DNA of 64,000 nucleotides from Acidimicrobiia bacterium (GTDB lineage: Bacteria; Actinomycetota; Acidimicrobiia; Spongiisociales; ZC4RG35): positions 66,623 through 130,622 of the forward strand of contig CBDCRL010000001.1 of assembly GCA_965220995.1 (NCBI GenBank), in the 5' to 3' direction. Position 1 is the first letter of the stretch, and each line of letters begins with the position of its first letter. Below, piece by piece: positions 37,461-48,293 of this stretch. The notes under the pieces are model-generated. The model had not been told where the DNA came from, searched no databases, and worked only from the letters and a program-made list of their open reading frames with translations. Made by a program: the position numbers and the translations under genes.

Positions 37461-38629
37461 CGAGAAAGCGCCGCGGCCTTCAACTGCTCAGTGAAATCGG
37501 TCCTCTCCCATGAGAATCCGGCGTCTTCCCGGCCGAAATGACCATAAAGGGTGGTGTCGCCGAATGGGGTATCCCACAGGCCGAGTCGGTGGATCATGTC
37601 CTGTGGGCGAAAACTCAGCACCTCCCGCAACGCCTTCTCCAAGGCATCCAATGGGGCCCGGTTGGTGCCGGAGCAGTCCACGTGAAGCGACAGGGGTTCG
37701 GGCATGCCGATTACGTAGCTGAGTTGGATGGAGCACTGACGAGCCAGGCCGGCGGCCACCACGTTCTTGGCCGCGTGCCGGGCGGCGTAGGACGCCGATC
37801 TGTCCACCTTGGTGGGATCCTTGCCCGAGAGCGCCCCGCCTCCATGGGGTCCGTACCCGCCGTAGGTGTCCACCACCAATTTGCGTCCGGTGAGCCCGGT
37901 GTCGGCGCCCGGACCTCCGGCTGTGAAAGATCCCGATTCGTTGATGAGAAACCGGGGGACGCCCTCCAACAGGGCGGCGGGAATCACCGGCCTGATCACC
38001 AACCGCTCCAGGTCCTCCCGCAGAGTGGCCAGGTCGATGTCCCGACTGTGGTGAGCGGAGACCACCACATGGGTGACCCGAATCGGCGCCCGGTCCCGAT
38101 ACTCCACCGTCACCTGGGTCTTGCCGTCGGGGCGCAGGTAGTCCACCAGGCCCCGGCGCCGCACCTCGGCCAGCCGGCGGGCCAGCCCGTGAGCCAGATG
38201 AATGGGGAGCGGCATGAGAGGGGCGGTCTCATCGCAGGCAAAACCAAAGATGATCCCCTGGTCGCCCGCGCCGATCTCCTCGCCTTCCACCACCATGTGG
38301 GCTATCTCACCGGACTGTGCCTGGATGAGGTTGCTGATTTCCACCTGGTCGCAGGGGAACTCGGGGTCTCCGGGCCCGTAGCCGACATCGGCGATGGCCT
38401 GGCGGGTAACCGCCTCCACCACGTCCTCGTCGAGGGGGTGAGAGGTCTCCCCGGCCAGCACCACCCGGTTCCCGGTGAGCAGCACCTCGCAGGCCACCCG
38501 GGGCCGGGGAAACCCGGGGTGGGCGTCCATCACCGCGTCGAGCAGTCGGTCGGCGATCAGGTCCGCCACCTTGTCGGGGTGCCCCTCGGCAACCGATTCG
38601 GAGGTAAACGACCACACTCTGGCGCTCAA
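37457..38629 (-). CDS. metK: S-adenosylmethionine synthetase
   Basis: FTSESVAEGHPDK, GAGDQG, DGKTQVT, GLTGRK and GGGALSGKDPTKVDRS. Confidence 0.98.
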   Translation of the reverse strand: MSARVWSFTSESVAEGHPDKVADLIADRLLDAVMDAHPGFPRPRVACEVLLTGNRVVLAGETSHPLDEDVVEAVTRQAIADVGYGPGDPEFPCDQVEISNLIQAQSGEIAHMVVEGEEIGAGDQGIIFGFACDETAPLMPLPIHLAHGLARRLAEVRRRGLVDYLRPDGKTQVTVEYRDRAPIRVTHVVVSAHHSRDIDLATLREDLERLVIRPVIPAALLEGVPRFLINESGSFTAGGPGADTGLTGRKLVVDTYGGYGPHGGGALSGKDPTKVDRSASYAARHAAKNVVAAGLARQCSIQLSYVIGMPEPLSLHVDCSGTNRAPLDALEKALREVLSFRPQDMIHRLGLWDTPFGDTTLYGHFGREDAGFSWERTDFTEQLKAAALSR

Positions 38630-38642
38630 AATCCAAATCCTC

Positions 38643-39824
38643 TCAGTTGTTTTCCAGCAGCTTTTGGACCTCGTTCCAAAGCCGGCCGGCCACCGCGGCC
38701 TTGGATTGCAGAGGCCACGGATCGGTGTCGCCGTTGCGATGAATCAGGACCACCTGATTGTTGTCGGACCCAAAACCCGAACCGGGGATGGTGACGTCGT
38801 TGGCCACCATCAGATCGACGCCCTTGGCCAGGGCCTTTCCCACCGCTCGTTCAATCCCCCCGGTTTCGGCGGCGAATCCCACCACCACCCTGGGACGCTC
38901 CGGACGGCTCAGCACTTGACCGAGCACGTCGGGAGTGGATTCCAACTCCAGCACTCCGGGCTGTTCGCCCCGGGCCAGCTTTTGGCTGCTGACCACCTTG
39001 GGACGGAAATCGGCCACCGCCGCGGTCATCACCGCCACATCCGCTTCCACCGAACTTACCGCCTCGGCCATGTCCCGGGCCGAGACCACGTCTACCCGTT
39101 TGACTGCGGGCGGTGATTCGAGAGGTGAGCAGGTTACCAATACGGTGTCCGCCCCCCGACGGGCCGCCTCCGTAGCAACCGCATGACCCATCTTCCCCGA
39201 CGAGTGATTGCTGAGATAGCGCACCGGATCGATCGCTTCGCGGGTCCCGCCCGCGGTCACCACCACCTTCACCCCCCGCAAGGGGGCCTCCCACATTTCC
39301 TGAAGGGCGGTGAACAGGTCCTCGGGTTCCATCATCCTGCCCGGTCCCCGTTCCCCGCCCGCCAACCGGCCGCTCACCGGACCCAGGATGGTGACCCCGT
39401 CCGACTCCAAGGCGGCGATATTGCGACGGGTGGCCGGATGCTCCCACATTGCCGTGTGCATGGCGGGCGCCACCACCACCGGACCGGGGGCCGCCAGGAC
39501 GGTGGCGGTTACCACATCGGATGAAAGACCGGAGGCCAGTCGGGACAGGGAAGCGGCGGTGGCGGGCGCCACCACCACCAAGTCGGCCCAGTCGGCCGCC
39601 TCCGTATGGGGACTAACCGAATGGGCGTCGTCGAAAAGGTCGGTGATCACCGGCCGGCCGGTGATGGCCGAAAGGGTGTTGACCCCCAGGAATCTGCGGG
39701 AGGACCGGGTCATCACCGCCCGTACCCGGGCATGAGCGTCGATCAACATCCGGGCCAAGGTAGCGGCCTTGAATGCAGCCACTCCCCCGGTTACCGCCAG
39801 AAGGACTCTTCGTCCCCTGAGCAC
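38643..39824 (-). CDS. coaBC: Phosphopantothenoylcysteine decarboxylase/ligase
   Basis: VTGGVAAFK, PAMHTAMW, TAGGTRE.IDPVRYLSNHSSGKMG and GFAAET. Confidence 0.97.
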   Translation of the reverse strand: MLRGRRVLLAVTGGVAAFKAATLARMLIDAHARVRAVMTRSSRRFLGVNTLSAITGRPVITDLFDDAHSVSPHTEAADWADLVVVAPATAASLSRLASGLSSDVVTATVLAAPGPVVVAPAMHTAMWEHPATRRNIAALESDGVTILGPVSGRLAGGERGPGRMMEPEDLFTALQEMWEAPLRGVKVVVTAGGTREAIDPVRYLSNHSSGKMGHAVATEAARRGADTVLVTCSPLESPPAVKRVDVVSARDMAEAVSSVEADVAVMTAAVADFRPKVVSSQKLARGEQPGVLELESTPDVLGQVLSRPERPRVVVGFAAETGGIERAVGKALAKGVDLMVANDVTIPGSGFGSDNNQVVLIHRNGDTDPWPLQSKAAVAGRLWNEVQKLLENN

Positions 39825-40081
39825 TAAACCTCCAAGTTTTCCAGGGTCTGGTCTTCTACGGTGGGCTCGACAGTCTTGCGGACCACCTTGTCCTCCAGGA
39901 TCTCCTCCATGGCGATCGTCAGGGCCTTCCGATGGTAGGTGTGAACCTGGGGGGGTATGAATCTTCCGATACCCTGGCCGAGATGGGCGTAGTAGCCCTG
40001 GATGTCACGAGCGCGACGAGCCGCCACCACCACCGTGGAGAACCGGTTCCCGATTTTGTCGACTACTTCTTCGATATTCAT
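39824..40081 (-). CDS. rpoZ: RNA polymerase omega subunit
   Basis: RFSTVVVAARRARDI...KALTIAMEEI; located between gmk and coaBC. Confidence 0.92.
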   Translation of the reverse strand: MNIEEVVDKIGNRFSTVVVAARRARDIQGYYAHLGQGIGRFIPPQVHTYHRKALTIAMEEILEDKVVRKTVEPTVEDQTLENLEV

Positions 40082-40680
40082 TTCTGAGGCCGCCTTTCGG
40101 TTCCCTTCGCCGGGAGGGGCGAGTACCGACTCCCGATTATACGGTTCAATTCCTCCACCGTCTCACCGGTTCGGGTGCTGGTAACGACCACGTCATACAC
40201 CTCGTCCATGATCGGGGTGTCCTGTTCCGCCAACGCCAACCTGCGATTCAGAAACTCGGCGGAGGCGCCCCGCGATCGGAGCCTTCTCTCCAGTTCCTCC
40301 GGGAAAGGCGCCTTCAACAACACCAGCACCGCCTGCGGGAAACTGCTCCGGACCGCCATCGCCCCCCGACGTTCGATCTCCAACACCGCCACTCCCCCTC
40401 GCTCCACTATTTTTTCCACGGAGCGTTTGGGGGTGCCGTAGAAGTGACCGTCGTATCGGACCCACTCCAAGAGGCGGTCGCCGGCGATCATCTCCCGAAA
40501 CTGCTCTTCGGTCACAAAGTTGTAGTCCACCTTGTCCACCTCCCCGTGACGGCGAGGGCGGGTGGTGTAGGAAACAACCACCTCCACGTGCTCCTGTTTG
40601 CCCAACCGGGCCAAGGCAGTGGACTTCCCGACCCCGGAGGGACCGGATACCACCAATACCAGGCTCGGAATCTTGGCCAA
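40078..40680 (-). CDS. gmk: Guanylate kinase
   Basis: SGPSGVGKST, SYTTRPRR.GEVD..DY.F and FYGTP. Confidence 0.96.
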   Translation of the reverse strand: MAKIPSLVLVVSGPSGVGKSTALARLGKQEHVEVVVSYTTRPRRHGEVDKVDYNFVTEEQFREMIAGDRLLEWVRYDGHFYGTPKRSVEKIVERGGVAVLEIERRGAMAVRSSFPQAVLVLLKAPFPEELERRLRSRGASAEFLNRRLALAEQDTPIMDEVYDVVVTSTRTGETVEELNRIIGSRYSPLPAKGTERRPQK

Positions 40681-40698
40681 ACCCCGAGAAAAGCCTGG

Positions 40699-41007
40699 TT
40701 AGGACAGTTCTCGGAGCAGGGCTTCCCTCTGACGCTCGCCCAGCCCCCGTAAACGACGGTTCTCCATGATCCCCACTGTCTCCATGAGACGACCGGTGCG
40801 CTTTTTTCCCAGGCCCGGTAAGGCCAAAAGCGCCGCCGACACTTTCATTCCCCCTACCACGGGATCGTCGGTGCGATCCAATAGCTCGGACATCGTCAAA
40901 CGCCGATCACTGAGGTCGGCTTTTATCTCCGCCCTGGCCCGGCGGACCGCGGCCGCCTTGGCTAGGGCCTGTTTGCGTTGTTCGGGGGTAAGGGATGGTG
41001 GGTTCAT
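40699..41007 (-). CDS. mihF: Actinobacterial integration host factor (mIHF)
   Basis: PSLTPEQRKQALAKAAAVRRARAE...LPGLGK...RRLRGLGERQR. Confidence 0.95.
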   Translation of the reverse strand: MNPPSLTPEQRKQALAKAAAVRRARAEIKADLSDRRLTMSELLDRTDDPVVGGMKVSAALLALPGLGKKRTGRLMETVGIMENRRLRGLGERQREALLRELS

Positions 41008-41090
41008 CGAATCTCCTAAGTCTTCAAATGTCAGACGTCCATGTGCTGATGATGGCGGACATTAGCCAAAGTCGTATGGTAGAGGCAGAG

Positions 41091-41756
41091 TCACACGCCG
41101 GTATCCAACTCATCAACCTGTTCGGGTGTGGCAACCACCCAGTGGGCGCCGCCCTTGATTGCTTCTGCTATCCCAGAGGAGGATATATCCCTCCAGACTT
41201 CGGCGATTCTGGTTAGTGTCCCGGGTTTTCCCACTTCCTGGTTTCCCGACACCTGGACCACCACCCCCACCTCCCGCGCCGGGAACAGTATCCCCCCGGC
41301 GCCGGCCCGAACAGCCAGCCTGGTCAGCCGGGAAACCTGGCTTCCGGGAGTGTCGGAGATGCCTACCCCTTTCAGGTCCTCATCGCCGGCCCACCCTGCC
41401 TGCGTGGCTGAAACCACCACCGACAAATCGGAGTATCCCGCCGTCTCCGCCCGGGAGGCTTCGATGACCTTGCGGCCCGCCAACCCGGAGATACTCACCC
41501 ATCGGGCGCCCAGCTTGCCCATTCTCGCCACCGCCCGGGCCACCACCCGGGGATGATCCAAAATACCCAGATCGGCCAGCACCGGTTTTCCCAGGGCCCG
41601 TAGCGCCCCCACCAAGATGGGGCCGCGGCCCAGCAGCAAATCGACCCCCACCGCAAAACCTCCCACCCTTTGCGGCATCCCGGAGGCGATTCTCATCGCT
41701 CTCTCCGCTCCGCCTTCCCCCATGCGCACCAGCACCTTATCGGTCAGAGGATTCAT
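41091..41756 (-). CDS. PyrF (OMP decarboxylase)-like protein lacking the catalytic lysines
   Basis: Positioned carB-X-mihF. Motifs FAVG (usually xKVG), ADLGILDHP (usually xDLKxxDIP) and [11 protein letters not shown]. Confidence 0.7.
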   Translation of the reverse strand: MNPLTDKVLVRMGEGGAERAMRIASGMPQRVGGFAVGVDLLLGRGPILVGALRALGKPVLADLGILDHPRVVARAVARMGKLGARWVSISGLAGRKVIEASRAETAGYSDLSVVVSATQAGWAGDEDLKGVGISDTPGSQVSRLTRLAVRAGAGGILFPAREVGVVVQVSGNQEVGKPGTLTRIAEVWRDISSSGIAEAIKGGAHWVVATPEQVDELDTGV

Positions 41757-44700
41757 CCGCCCCAGTCCTGGAGACTCCGCGGCGCCGTGACACCCTCAAG
41801 ATCCGAACTCATAATCTCCGATGCCGCCCGGGCCGCGGCCAGGGTCGTCATGTAGGGTATTCCCCTTTGCCGGGCGGCGCGAAACAAGTCTCGTCCATCA
41901 AAGCGGCCGATGTCGCGGCCATAGGTGTTGACCACCAGGGACACCTCCCCCGACTCGACCATCCGCACCGCCTTGCGGCGACCCTCTTCCCCGGGTGGAA
42001 GCGATTCCACCTGCGGGTCATTCCATTGTGCCGCCGTGCGGTGATCGGCCACCTGGGTGAGTCCGTTCGACGCCCAGGCCGAAACCAGCGACCGCCCCTC
42101 GTCTATGTCGGATTCCCCCAGCAATATCAACACGGTTCCCGAGTTGGTCAACCGGTCGCCCGCGCCCAGCAGCGCCTTTCCGTAGGCGGTCTTCCAGTCG
42201 CTCGCCACCCCCATCACCTCACCGGTGGCTCGCATCTCCGGACCCAGCACCGGATGAGAATCCGGGAAGCGCTCCCAGGGAAGCACCGCCTCTTTAACCC
42301 CCACCATCTTCGGGGCTTCCGCCTCCCGGTAGAGGCCCTCGGACCGCAGTTCACGCAGCGAGGCCCCCATCATCACCCGGGCCGCCAGCTTGGCGAGCGG
42401 CAGTCCCCGCACCTTGGAAATGAAAGGCACGGTGCGAGATGCCCGAGGATTGGCCTCAAGCAGATACACATCCTCACCCTGAACTGCATATTGAACATTG
42501 ATCAATCCTCTCACTTCCAGCGCCTCCGCCAACCGGGCGGTGATCTCATTAATGGTTCGGCGAGCCGCAGCATCCAGAGTGCGGGGCGGGGTGATGCAAG
42601 CAGAATCCCCGGAGTGGACTCCGGCTTCCTCAACGTGCTCCATAATCCCTCCCATCAGCAACTCCCGCCCGTCGTAGACCGCGTCGACGTCGATCTCGAT
42701 CGCCGACTCCAGGAATGAATCTATGAGAAGCGGAGCCCCCGCCAGATCGGCCTCTTCGACGTTGCCGTACACCTCATCCAGATAGCCTTCCAGCTCCTCG
42801 GGGCCGGTGAGAACCTCCATCCGTCTCCCGCCCAGCACGAACGATGGCCGCGCCACCACCGGGAAACCCATCTCGGTGGCCACCCGGACCGCCTCCGACC
42901 GGGACCGGGCCAATCCGTGACGAGGCTGCAGAATGTCCAGCCGCCGGCACAGTTGCGAAAACCTTTCCCGGTCCTCCGCCAAATCGATGGAGGCGGGGGA
43001 AGTGCCCGCGATGGGAGTCCCGGCCTCGGCCAGCCGTCGGGCAAGATTCAACGGAGTCTGGCCACCGAATTGGACGATCACTCCCACAGGTTGCTCGGCG
43101 GCCACCACATCCAGCACGTCTTCGGTGGTCAGGGGCTCGAAATAGAGGCGATGGGAGGTGTCGTAGTCGGTGGAAACGGTCTCGGGATTGCAGTTGACCA
43201 TCACCGTTTCGTATCCCACCGCCCCCAACGCGAAGGCGGCCTGCACGCAGCAGTAGTCGAACTCGATACCCTGCCCGATCCGGTTGGGCCCGGCGCCCAG
43301 CACCACCACCCGGGGACGAGTGGCCGGCGGCACCTCGTCCTCATCCTCGAATGTCCCGTACATATACGGTGTCAGAGCCGCGAATTCCGCCGCGCAGGTG
43401 TCCACCGTCTTGTAGGTGCGACGCACCCCGCGGGCCAGTCTTTCCCGGCGGATGTCCTCTTCCCGGCGCCCCCACAGAAACGCCAGTTGGGCGTCGGAGA
43501 ATCCGTACCGTTTGGCGTCGGCCCACAGGTCATCCTGGGGACCTCGGATCAAAAGCTCCTCGCGAATCTGCACGATCTCCGCGATTTGATGAGCGAACCA
43601 CGGATCGTAGTGGGTAAGGCCGCACACCCTCTCGGACGACCATCCTCTGCGCAGGGCCTCGCCCACCGCCACCACCCGGTTGGGGGAGGGTGTCGCCAGC
43701 AATTCGGACAGTTGATCTTCGGCCAACTCCTCCAAACGCCCGGAAGCCCGGTCGGCCCCCAACCCCAATCGGCCCGTCTCCAGGCTGCGCAACGCCTTCT
43801 GCAGGGCTTCGGGGAAGGTACGGCCGATGGCCATGGACTCCCCCACGCTTTGCATGGAGGACCCCAGGCGTCGAGGACTTTGGGGAAACTTGGCGAAATC
43901 GAAACGGGGCGCCTTCACCACCACGTAATCAAGAGCCGGTTCGAAAGAAGCGGGAGTCTGGCCGGTTATGTCGTTGGTGATCTCATCCAATGTGTAGCCC
44001 ACCGCCAGCAGAGCCGCGATCTTGGCGATGGGAAACCCGGTGGCCTTGGAAGCCAGGGCCGACGAACGGGAAACCCGGGGATTCATCTCGATCACCAACC
44101 GACGCCCGGTGCGAGGATCCACCGCGAACTGGACGTTTGAGCCGCCCGTCTCCACGCCGATGGCCCGCAACACCGCGATGCCGTCATCGCGCATCTCCTG
44201 GTACTCCCGGTCGGACAGGGTCTGGATGGGGGCCACCGTAATCGAGTCGCCGGTATGCACTCCCATGGCGTCCAGATTCTCTATCGAGCAGATCACCACC
44301 GCATTGTCGGCCCGGTCCCGCATCACCTCCAGTTCGAATTCCTTCCAACCCTCCACCGATTCCTCCACCAGAATCTCCGACACCGGGGAGGCGGCCAAAC
44401 CCCGGCGCGCCACCAACTCGAATTGACGGGCGTCGTGGGCCATCCCGGTTCCCCCTCCCCCCAGGATGTATGAGGGTCGGATCATCAAGGGAAAGCCCAG
44501 CCGGGAAGCGATCCGTCGGGCGTCAGCCATCGATCGGGCATATCCCGCCCGCGGGGTTTCCAGGCCGGCGTCCGACATCACCTCCCTGAACCTTCCCCGA
44601 TCTTCGGCCCGCTCGATGGCCTCCATCCCCGCTCCGATCAGTTCCACCCCATATCGGCCGAGGGTTCCCCTGCTCACCAATTGGGCGGTGATGTTCAGTG

Positions 44701-44983
44701 CGGTCTGACCCCCCAGGGTGGGCAGCAGCGCCTCGGGCCGCTCGTGTTCGATGATCCGCTCCACCACCTCGGGGGTGATGGGCTCCACATAGGTCTGATC
44801 GGCGAATTCAGGGTCGGTCATAATGGTGGCCGGATTGGAATTGACCAGCACCACCCGGTAACCCTCTCGACGGAGGGCCTTGGCCGCCTGGGTTCCCGAG
44901 TAATCGAACTCGCAGGCCTGGCCGATGATGATCGGGCCTGACCCCACCAGGAGAATCGACCGAAGATCACGCCGAGCCGGCAT
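41753..44983 (-). CDS. carB: Carbamoyl-phosphate synthase large subunit
   Basis: [52 protein letters not shown] and EANPRASRT. Confidence 0.98.
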   Translation of the reverse strand: MPARRDLRSILLVGSGPIIIGQACEFDYSGTQAAKALRREGYRVVLVNSNPATIMTDPEFADQTYVEPITPEVVERIIEHERPEALLPTLGGQTALNITAQLVSRGTLGRYGVELIGAGMEAIERAEDRGRFREVMSDAGLETPRAGYARSMADARRIASRLGFPLMIRPSYILGGGGTGMAHDARQFELVARRGLAASPVSEILVEESVEGWKEFELEVMRDRADNAVVICSIENLDAMGVHTGDSITVAPIQTLSDREYQEMRDDGIAVLRAIGVETGGSNVQFAVDPRTGRRLVIEMNPRVSRSSALASKATGFPIAKIAALLAVGYTLDEITNDITGQTPASFEPALDYVVVKAPRFDFAKFPQSPRRLGSSMQSVGESMAIGRTFPEALQKALRSLETGRLGLGADRASGRLEELAEDQLSELLATPSPNRVVAVGEALRRGWSSERVCGLTHYDPWFAHQIAEIVQIREELLIRGPQDDLWADAKRYGFSDAQLAFLWGRREEDIRRERLARGVRRTYKTVDTCAAEFAALTPYMYGTFEDEDEVPPATRPRVVVLGAGPNRIGQGIEFDYCCVQAAFALGAVGYETVMVNCNPETVSTDYDTSHRLYFEPLTTEDVLDVVAAEQPVGVIVQFGGQTPLNLARRLAEAGTPIAGTSPASIDLAEDRERFSQLCRRLDILQPRHGLARSRSEAVRVATEMGFPVVARPSFVLGGRRMEVLTGPEELEGYLDEVYGNVEEADLAGAPLLIDSFLESAIEIDVDAVYDGRELLMGGIMEHVEEAGVHSGDSACITPPRTLDAAARRTINEITARLAEALEVRGLINVQYAVQGEDVYLLEANPRASRTVPFISKVRGLPLAKLAARVMMGASLRELRSEGLYREAEAPKMVGVKEAVLPWERFPDSHPVLGPEMRATGEVMGVASDWKTAYGKALLGAGDRLTNSGTVLILLGESDIDEGRSLVSAWASNGLTQVADHRTAAQWNDPQVESLPPGEEGRRKAVRMVESGEVSLVVNTYGRDIGRFDGRDLFRAARQRGIPYMTTLAAARAASEIMSSDLEGVTAPRSLQDWGG

Positions 44984-44988
44984 AAGGA

Positions 44989-46626
44989 CTACGCCCCCCG
45001 TTCCATCAGGTCCAAGAAATCATCGAACAGCCCCAACGCATCGCGGGGCCCCGGAGCAGCCTCGGGGTGATACTGCACCGCAAAGGCGGGAACATCCCGA
45101 CACTCCAAGCCCTCCAGGGTGCCGTCGTTGAGATTCTGATGAGTGGGCGCCACCGCGCCGAATTCGGATTCGACCACCGACGGCAAGAGATCCGGGCTGA
45201 CCAGACCTTCCCGGGACGGCGGCGCACCGTCGGCCAGGGACCACAGATCCACCGCGAACCCGTGATTCTGGGAAGTTATCTCCACCCTCCCGTCGGAAAG
45301 TCGGCGCACCGGATGGTTCCCTCCATGGTGGCCGAAGGCCAGTTTGTAGGTTCGCGCCCCCAACGCCAGGCCCATCACCTGCTGGCCGAGGCAGATACCG
45401 AACACCGGGACCTTCCCCAGAACGCCCCTGACGGTGTCGATCACCGTCGCAAGCGGCTCGGGGTCGCCCGGACCATTGGACAGGAACACCCCGTCGGGAC
45501 GGGCGGCCAGCACTTGGGAGGCGGTTGCGTCACAGGACATCACTTCGACCTCCAATCCCCGCTCCGCCAATTGCTCCAGGATGTCACGCTTGATGCCCAG
45601 ATCGATCGCCACCACCTTGCCCCTCGAGGAGCCTTGGGCCTCCACCAGGTACGACCGGGTGGTGGACACTTCCGACGCCAGGTCCTGTCCCGCCATCACC
45701 GGCGCGGAAGCCGCCCGTGCGGCCAACTCATCGGCCGCCGCCGCGTCGGAAATGGCGGCGGGCATCGCCCCCTGCTCCCGGATGTGACGGGTCAATCGGC
45801 GGGTATCCACGCCGGTGATCGCCACCAACCCCTGGCGTGAGAGGAATTCCGACAGTTCCCCTTCCGCTCGCCAACTCGAATACCGATGGGAATAGGATCG
45901 CATGACCACCCCCGCCGCGGCGGTGGCGCCGGCTTGGGAATCCAGGTCGGTCACCCCGTAGTTGCCGATGTGGGAGGCGGTCATCACCACGATCTGCCCG
46001 GCGTAGGAGGGGTCGGTGAACACTTCCTGATATCCGCTCATGGCGGTGTTGAACACCACCTCCCCCACCGCGGTCCCCGAGGCGCCCACCGACCACCCCG
46101 CGAAGACCTCCCCGTCGGCGGTGACCAACAGGCCGGGACTTGACCTGCGGCGGCGCCTCGTGGCAAAGGGTCCCCGGTCGACCCCGGCGGTGGTCGGGTC
46201 GGGTCGGATCCATTTGGCCAAAGTGCCCAGCACCCCGTTGATGAACCGACTGCTGTGCTCGGTGGAGAACTCTCCGGCAATTCGCACCGCCTCGGAAATG
46301 ATCACCGCCACCGGGGTCCGGGAATGGTGGCGCAGTTCGTAAACCGCCATCCGCAGAATGGCCCGATCAACCGGCGGCAACCGGGAAGACTTCCAATCCC
46401 GGGCGGCCCTTTCCACGATCAAGTCGATCTGCTCCATTTCCCCGAGGACCCCTCGCACGATCCGGCGAGCCTTGGGAAGTTTTCCCTGGAGGAGACCGTC
46501 GGTATCGGAGATGGGGGCTCTTGACATCTCCATTTCATAGAGCACCCCCAGGGCCTGATGGCGGGGGTCGTCAGAAGAACTGTCGAAAGGCCCGGCGGTC
46601 TCCTCCGATCCGGATGGGCCCCTCAC
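44989..46626 (-). CDS. nusB-carA: In-frame fusion of transcription antitermination factor NusB (N-terminal ~140 aa) and carbamoyl-phosphate synthase small subunit CarA
   Basis: NusB: [26 protein letters not shown]. CarA: [32 protein letters not shown] and QYHPE. No stop codon between the two. Confidence 0.9.
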   Translation of the reverse strand: MRGPSGSEETAGPFDSSSDDPRHQALGVLYEMEMSRAPISDTDGLLQGKLPKARRIVRGVLGEMEQIDLIVERAARDWKSSRLPPVDRAILRMAVYELRHHSRTPVAVIISEAVRIAGEFSTEHSSRFINGVLGTLAKWIRPDPTTAGVDRGPFATRRRRRSSPGLLVTADGEVFAGWSVGASGTAVGEVVFNTAMSGYQEVFTDPSYAGQIVVMTASHIGNYGVTDLDSQAGATAAAGVVMRSYSHRYSSWRAEGELSEFLSRQGLVAITGVDTRRLTRHIREQGAMPAAISDAAAADELAARAASAPVMAGQDLASEVSTTRSYLVEAQGSSRGKVVAIDLGIKRDILEQLAERGLEVEVMSCDATASQVLAARPDGVFLSNGPGDPEPLATVIDTVRGVLGKVPVFGICLGQQVMGLALGARTYKLAFGHHGGNHPVRRLSDGRVEITSQNHGFAVDLWSLADGAPPSREGLVSPDLLPSVVESEFGAVAPTHQNLNDGTLEGLECRDVPAFAVQYHPEAAPGPRDALGLFDDFLDLMERGA

Positions 46627-47180
46627 ACGCGAGTGAGATAGGCGCCGGTGCGGGTATCAACCCTGATGCGGTCGCCCTGTTCCACAAACAGCGGAGTCTT
46701 GACCGTGATGCCGGTCTCCACCTCCACTTCCTTGGTGGCGCCCGACACCCGGTCTCCCTTTACTCCGGGCTCCGCATAGGTGACCTCCATCTCCACCGAG
46801 GGAGGCAGTTCCATTCCGATCGGCCGGTCGTTGTGAAAAGCAATAGTGAGGGTCATGGCCTCCACCAGGTATCCCGAGTCCTCTCCGACCTCGTCCTCGC
46901 TCAGTGAGAACTGGGAATAGTCCTCCAGGTTCATGAAATGAAAACCGAGATCGTCCCGGTAGAGATACTGGTGATCCCGGCGGGAGATGATTGCCCGGGG
47001 AACGTCCTCGTCGGCCCGGAAGGTGCGATCCAGCACCTGCCCGGTCTCGGCGTTCTTGAGCTTCATGCGGACAAACGCCTTGCCCTTGCCCGGCTTGACA
47101 TGCTGGTAGGTGACGATGCTGAACACCCCGTCCGGAAGCGCCAGGGCCATACCGGGGCGGACATCGTTGGTGGAGATCAT
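46623..47180 (-). CDS. efp: Elongation factor P
   Basis: HVKPGKGKAFVR and PGVKGD...VKTPLFV..GD.IRVDTRTGAY. Confidence 0.98.
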   Translation of the reverse strand: MISTNDVRPGMALALPDGVFSIVTYQHVKPGKGKAFVRMKLKNAETGQVLDRTFRADEDVPRAIISRRDHQYLYRDDLGFHFMNLEDYSQFSLSEDEVGEDSGYLVEAMTLTIAFHNDRPIGMELPPSVEMEVTYAEPGVKGDRVSGATKEVEVETGITVKTPLFVEQGDRIRVDTRTGAYLTRV

Positions 47181-47225
47181 GTTCGAATCAGGTTGAGCGC
47201 CAAAGTCAGATCAAAGTGTAGAGGA

Positions 47226-48293
47226 TCACAACCCGATCGCGGCCAATCCGATTTCCAGATCCGCATGGGTGACGTCAACCACCACCGGCTTTCCAAAATC
47301 CGCCAGCAACACCATCTTCGGAAGAGGGCCGCCGAAGCGTTTCTTGTCCCTGCCGAGCAGTTCCAGGACTATCTCGCGCTCAAGGGGTGGGGAGGTGACC
47401 GGCAAACCCAGCGAAGCGATTACCCGCCGTTGCCGATCCTGATGAGAAAACCCCACTTTCGCGGCCGAAATCGCTCCCGCCGCCACCATCCCTATCGCCA
47501 CCGCGTGGCCGTGGGGCACACCGGCGGCGGTCTCCACCGCGTGACCGATGGTGTGACCGTAGTTGAGAATCGCCCGTGTACCCGTCTCATAGAAGTCGGC
47601 GCCCACCACGTCGGCTTTCACCTGCACCGCCCTGGGCACCACCTCCTGCAGAGAGGCGTCCAGTTGGCGCTGCTCAAGGAGTTCCACCAGCCCGGGATCT
47701 CCTATCAGGCCGGCCTTCAGGGTTTCAGCCATCCCCTCCACCAGCAGACTGCGGGGAAGGTTGCGCAGGACATCAACGCTCACCACCACCCGGGCGGGGT
47801 GACGAAAGACGCCAATCTGGTTCTTGCCCTCCCGATTGACCCCGGTTTTGCCTCCGATCGAGGCATCGACCGCTCCCAACAGGGTGGTGGGAACGTACAC
47901 TGCCTCCACACCGCGCAGCCAGGTTGAGGCCACAAATCCGGCCAGGTCGGTGGTGGCTCCGCCTCCCACCCCCACGATCGTGTCATGGCGGTCAACCCGC
48001 CGCCGATCGAGTTCTCCGTAGATTCCCTCCACCACCGCCAGGGTCTTGGCATGGTCGCGGTCGGGAACCTCCAACAGGTGGATATCCAAAGGGGGCGCAC
48101 TTGCCCGGGCGTTGTCCTCTTCGATACGGCGAGTTACCGCCAAAGCCACCTCGAGCACCGGCCCGGGCTGAGTCAGCACCACCACCCGAGCGGCGGGGTT
48201 GCCCGAGCGGGGAGGCAAAAGCGGAGAAGGCAGACCGTCGGAGATCAGAATCTCGCACTGCTCGCCGATCAGGATGTTTTCCACAGCCTCCAT
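47226..48293 (-). CDS. aroB: 3-dehydroquinate synthase
   Basis: GGGATTDLAGF, PTTLLGAVDASIGGKTG, KNQIG and LNYGHTIGHAVE. Confidence 0.96.
   Translation of the reverse strand: MEAVENILIGEQCEILISDGLPSPLLPPRSGNPAARVVVLTQPGPVLEVALAVTRRIEEDNARASAPPLDIHLLEVPDRDHAKTLAVVEGIYGELDRRRVDRHDTIVGVGGGATTDLAGFVASTWLRGVEAVYVPTTLLGAVDASIGGKTGVNREGKNQIGVFRHPARVVVSVDVLRNLPRSLLVEGMAETLKAGLIGDPGLVELLEQRQLDASLQEVVPRAVQVKADVVGADFYETGTRAILNYGHTIGHAVETAAGVPHGHAVAIGMVAAGAISAAKVGFSHQDRQRRVIASLGLPVTSPPLEREIVLELLGRDKKRFGGPLPKMVLLADFGKPVVVDVTHADLEIGLAAIGL

Noticed and set aside
46192-46206. (GGTCG)3 as a phase-variation switch separating NusB from CarA
   Set aside because: Only three units; gaining or losing a unit gives no nearby stop and no CarA start, so it would simply inactivate carA.
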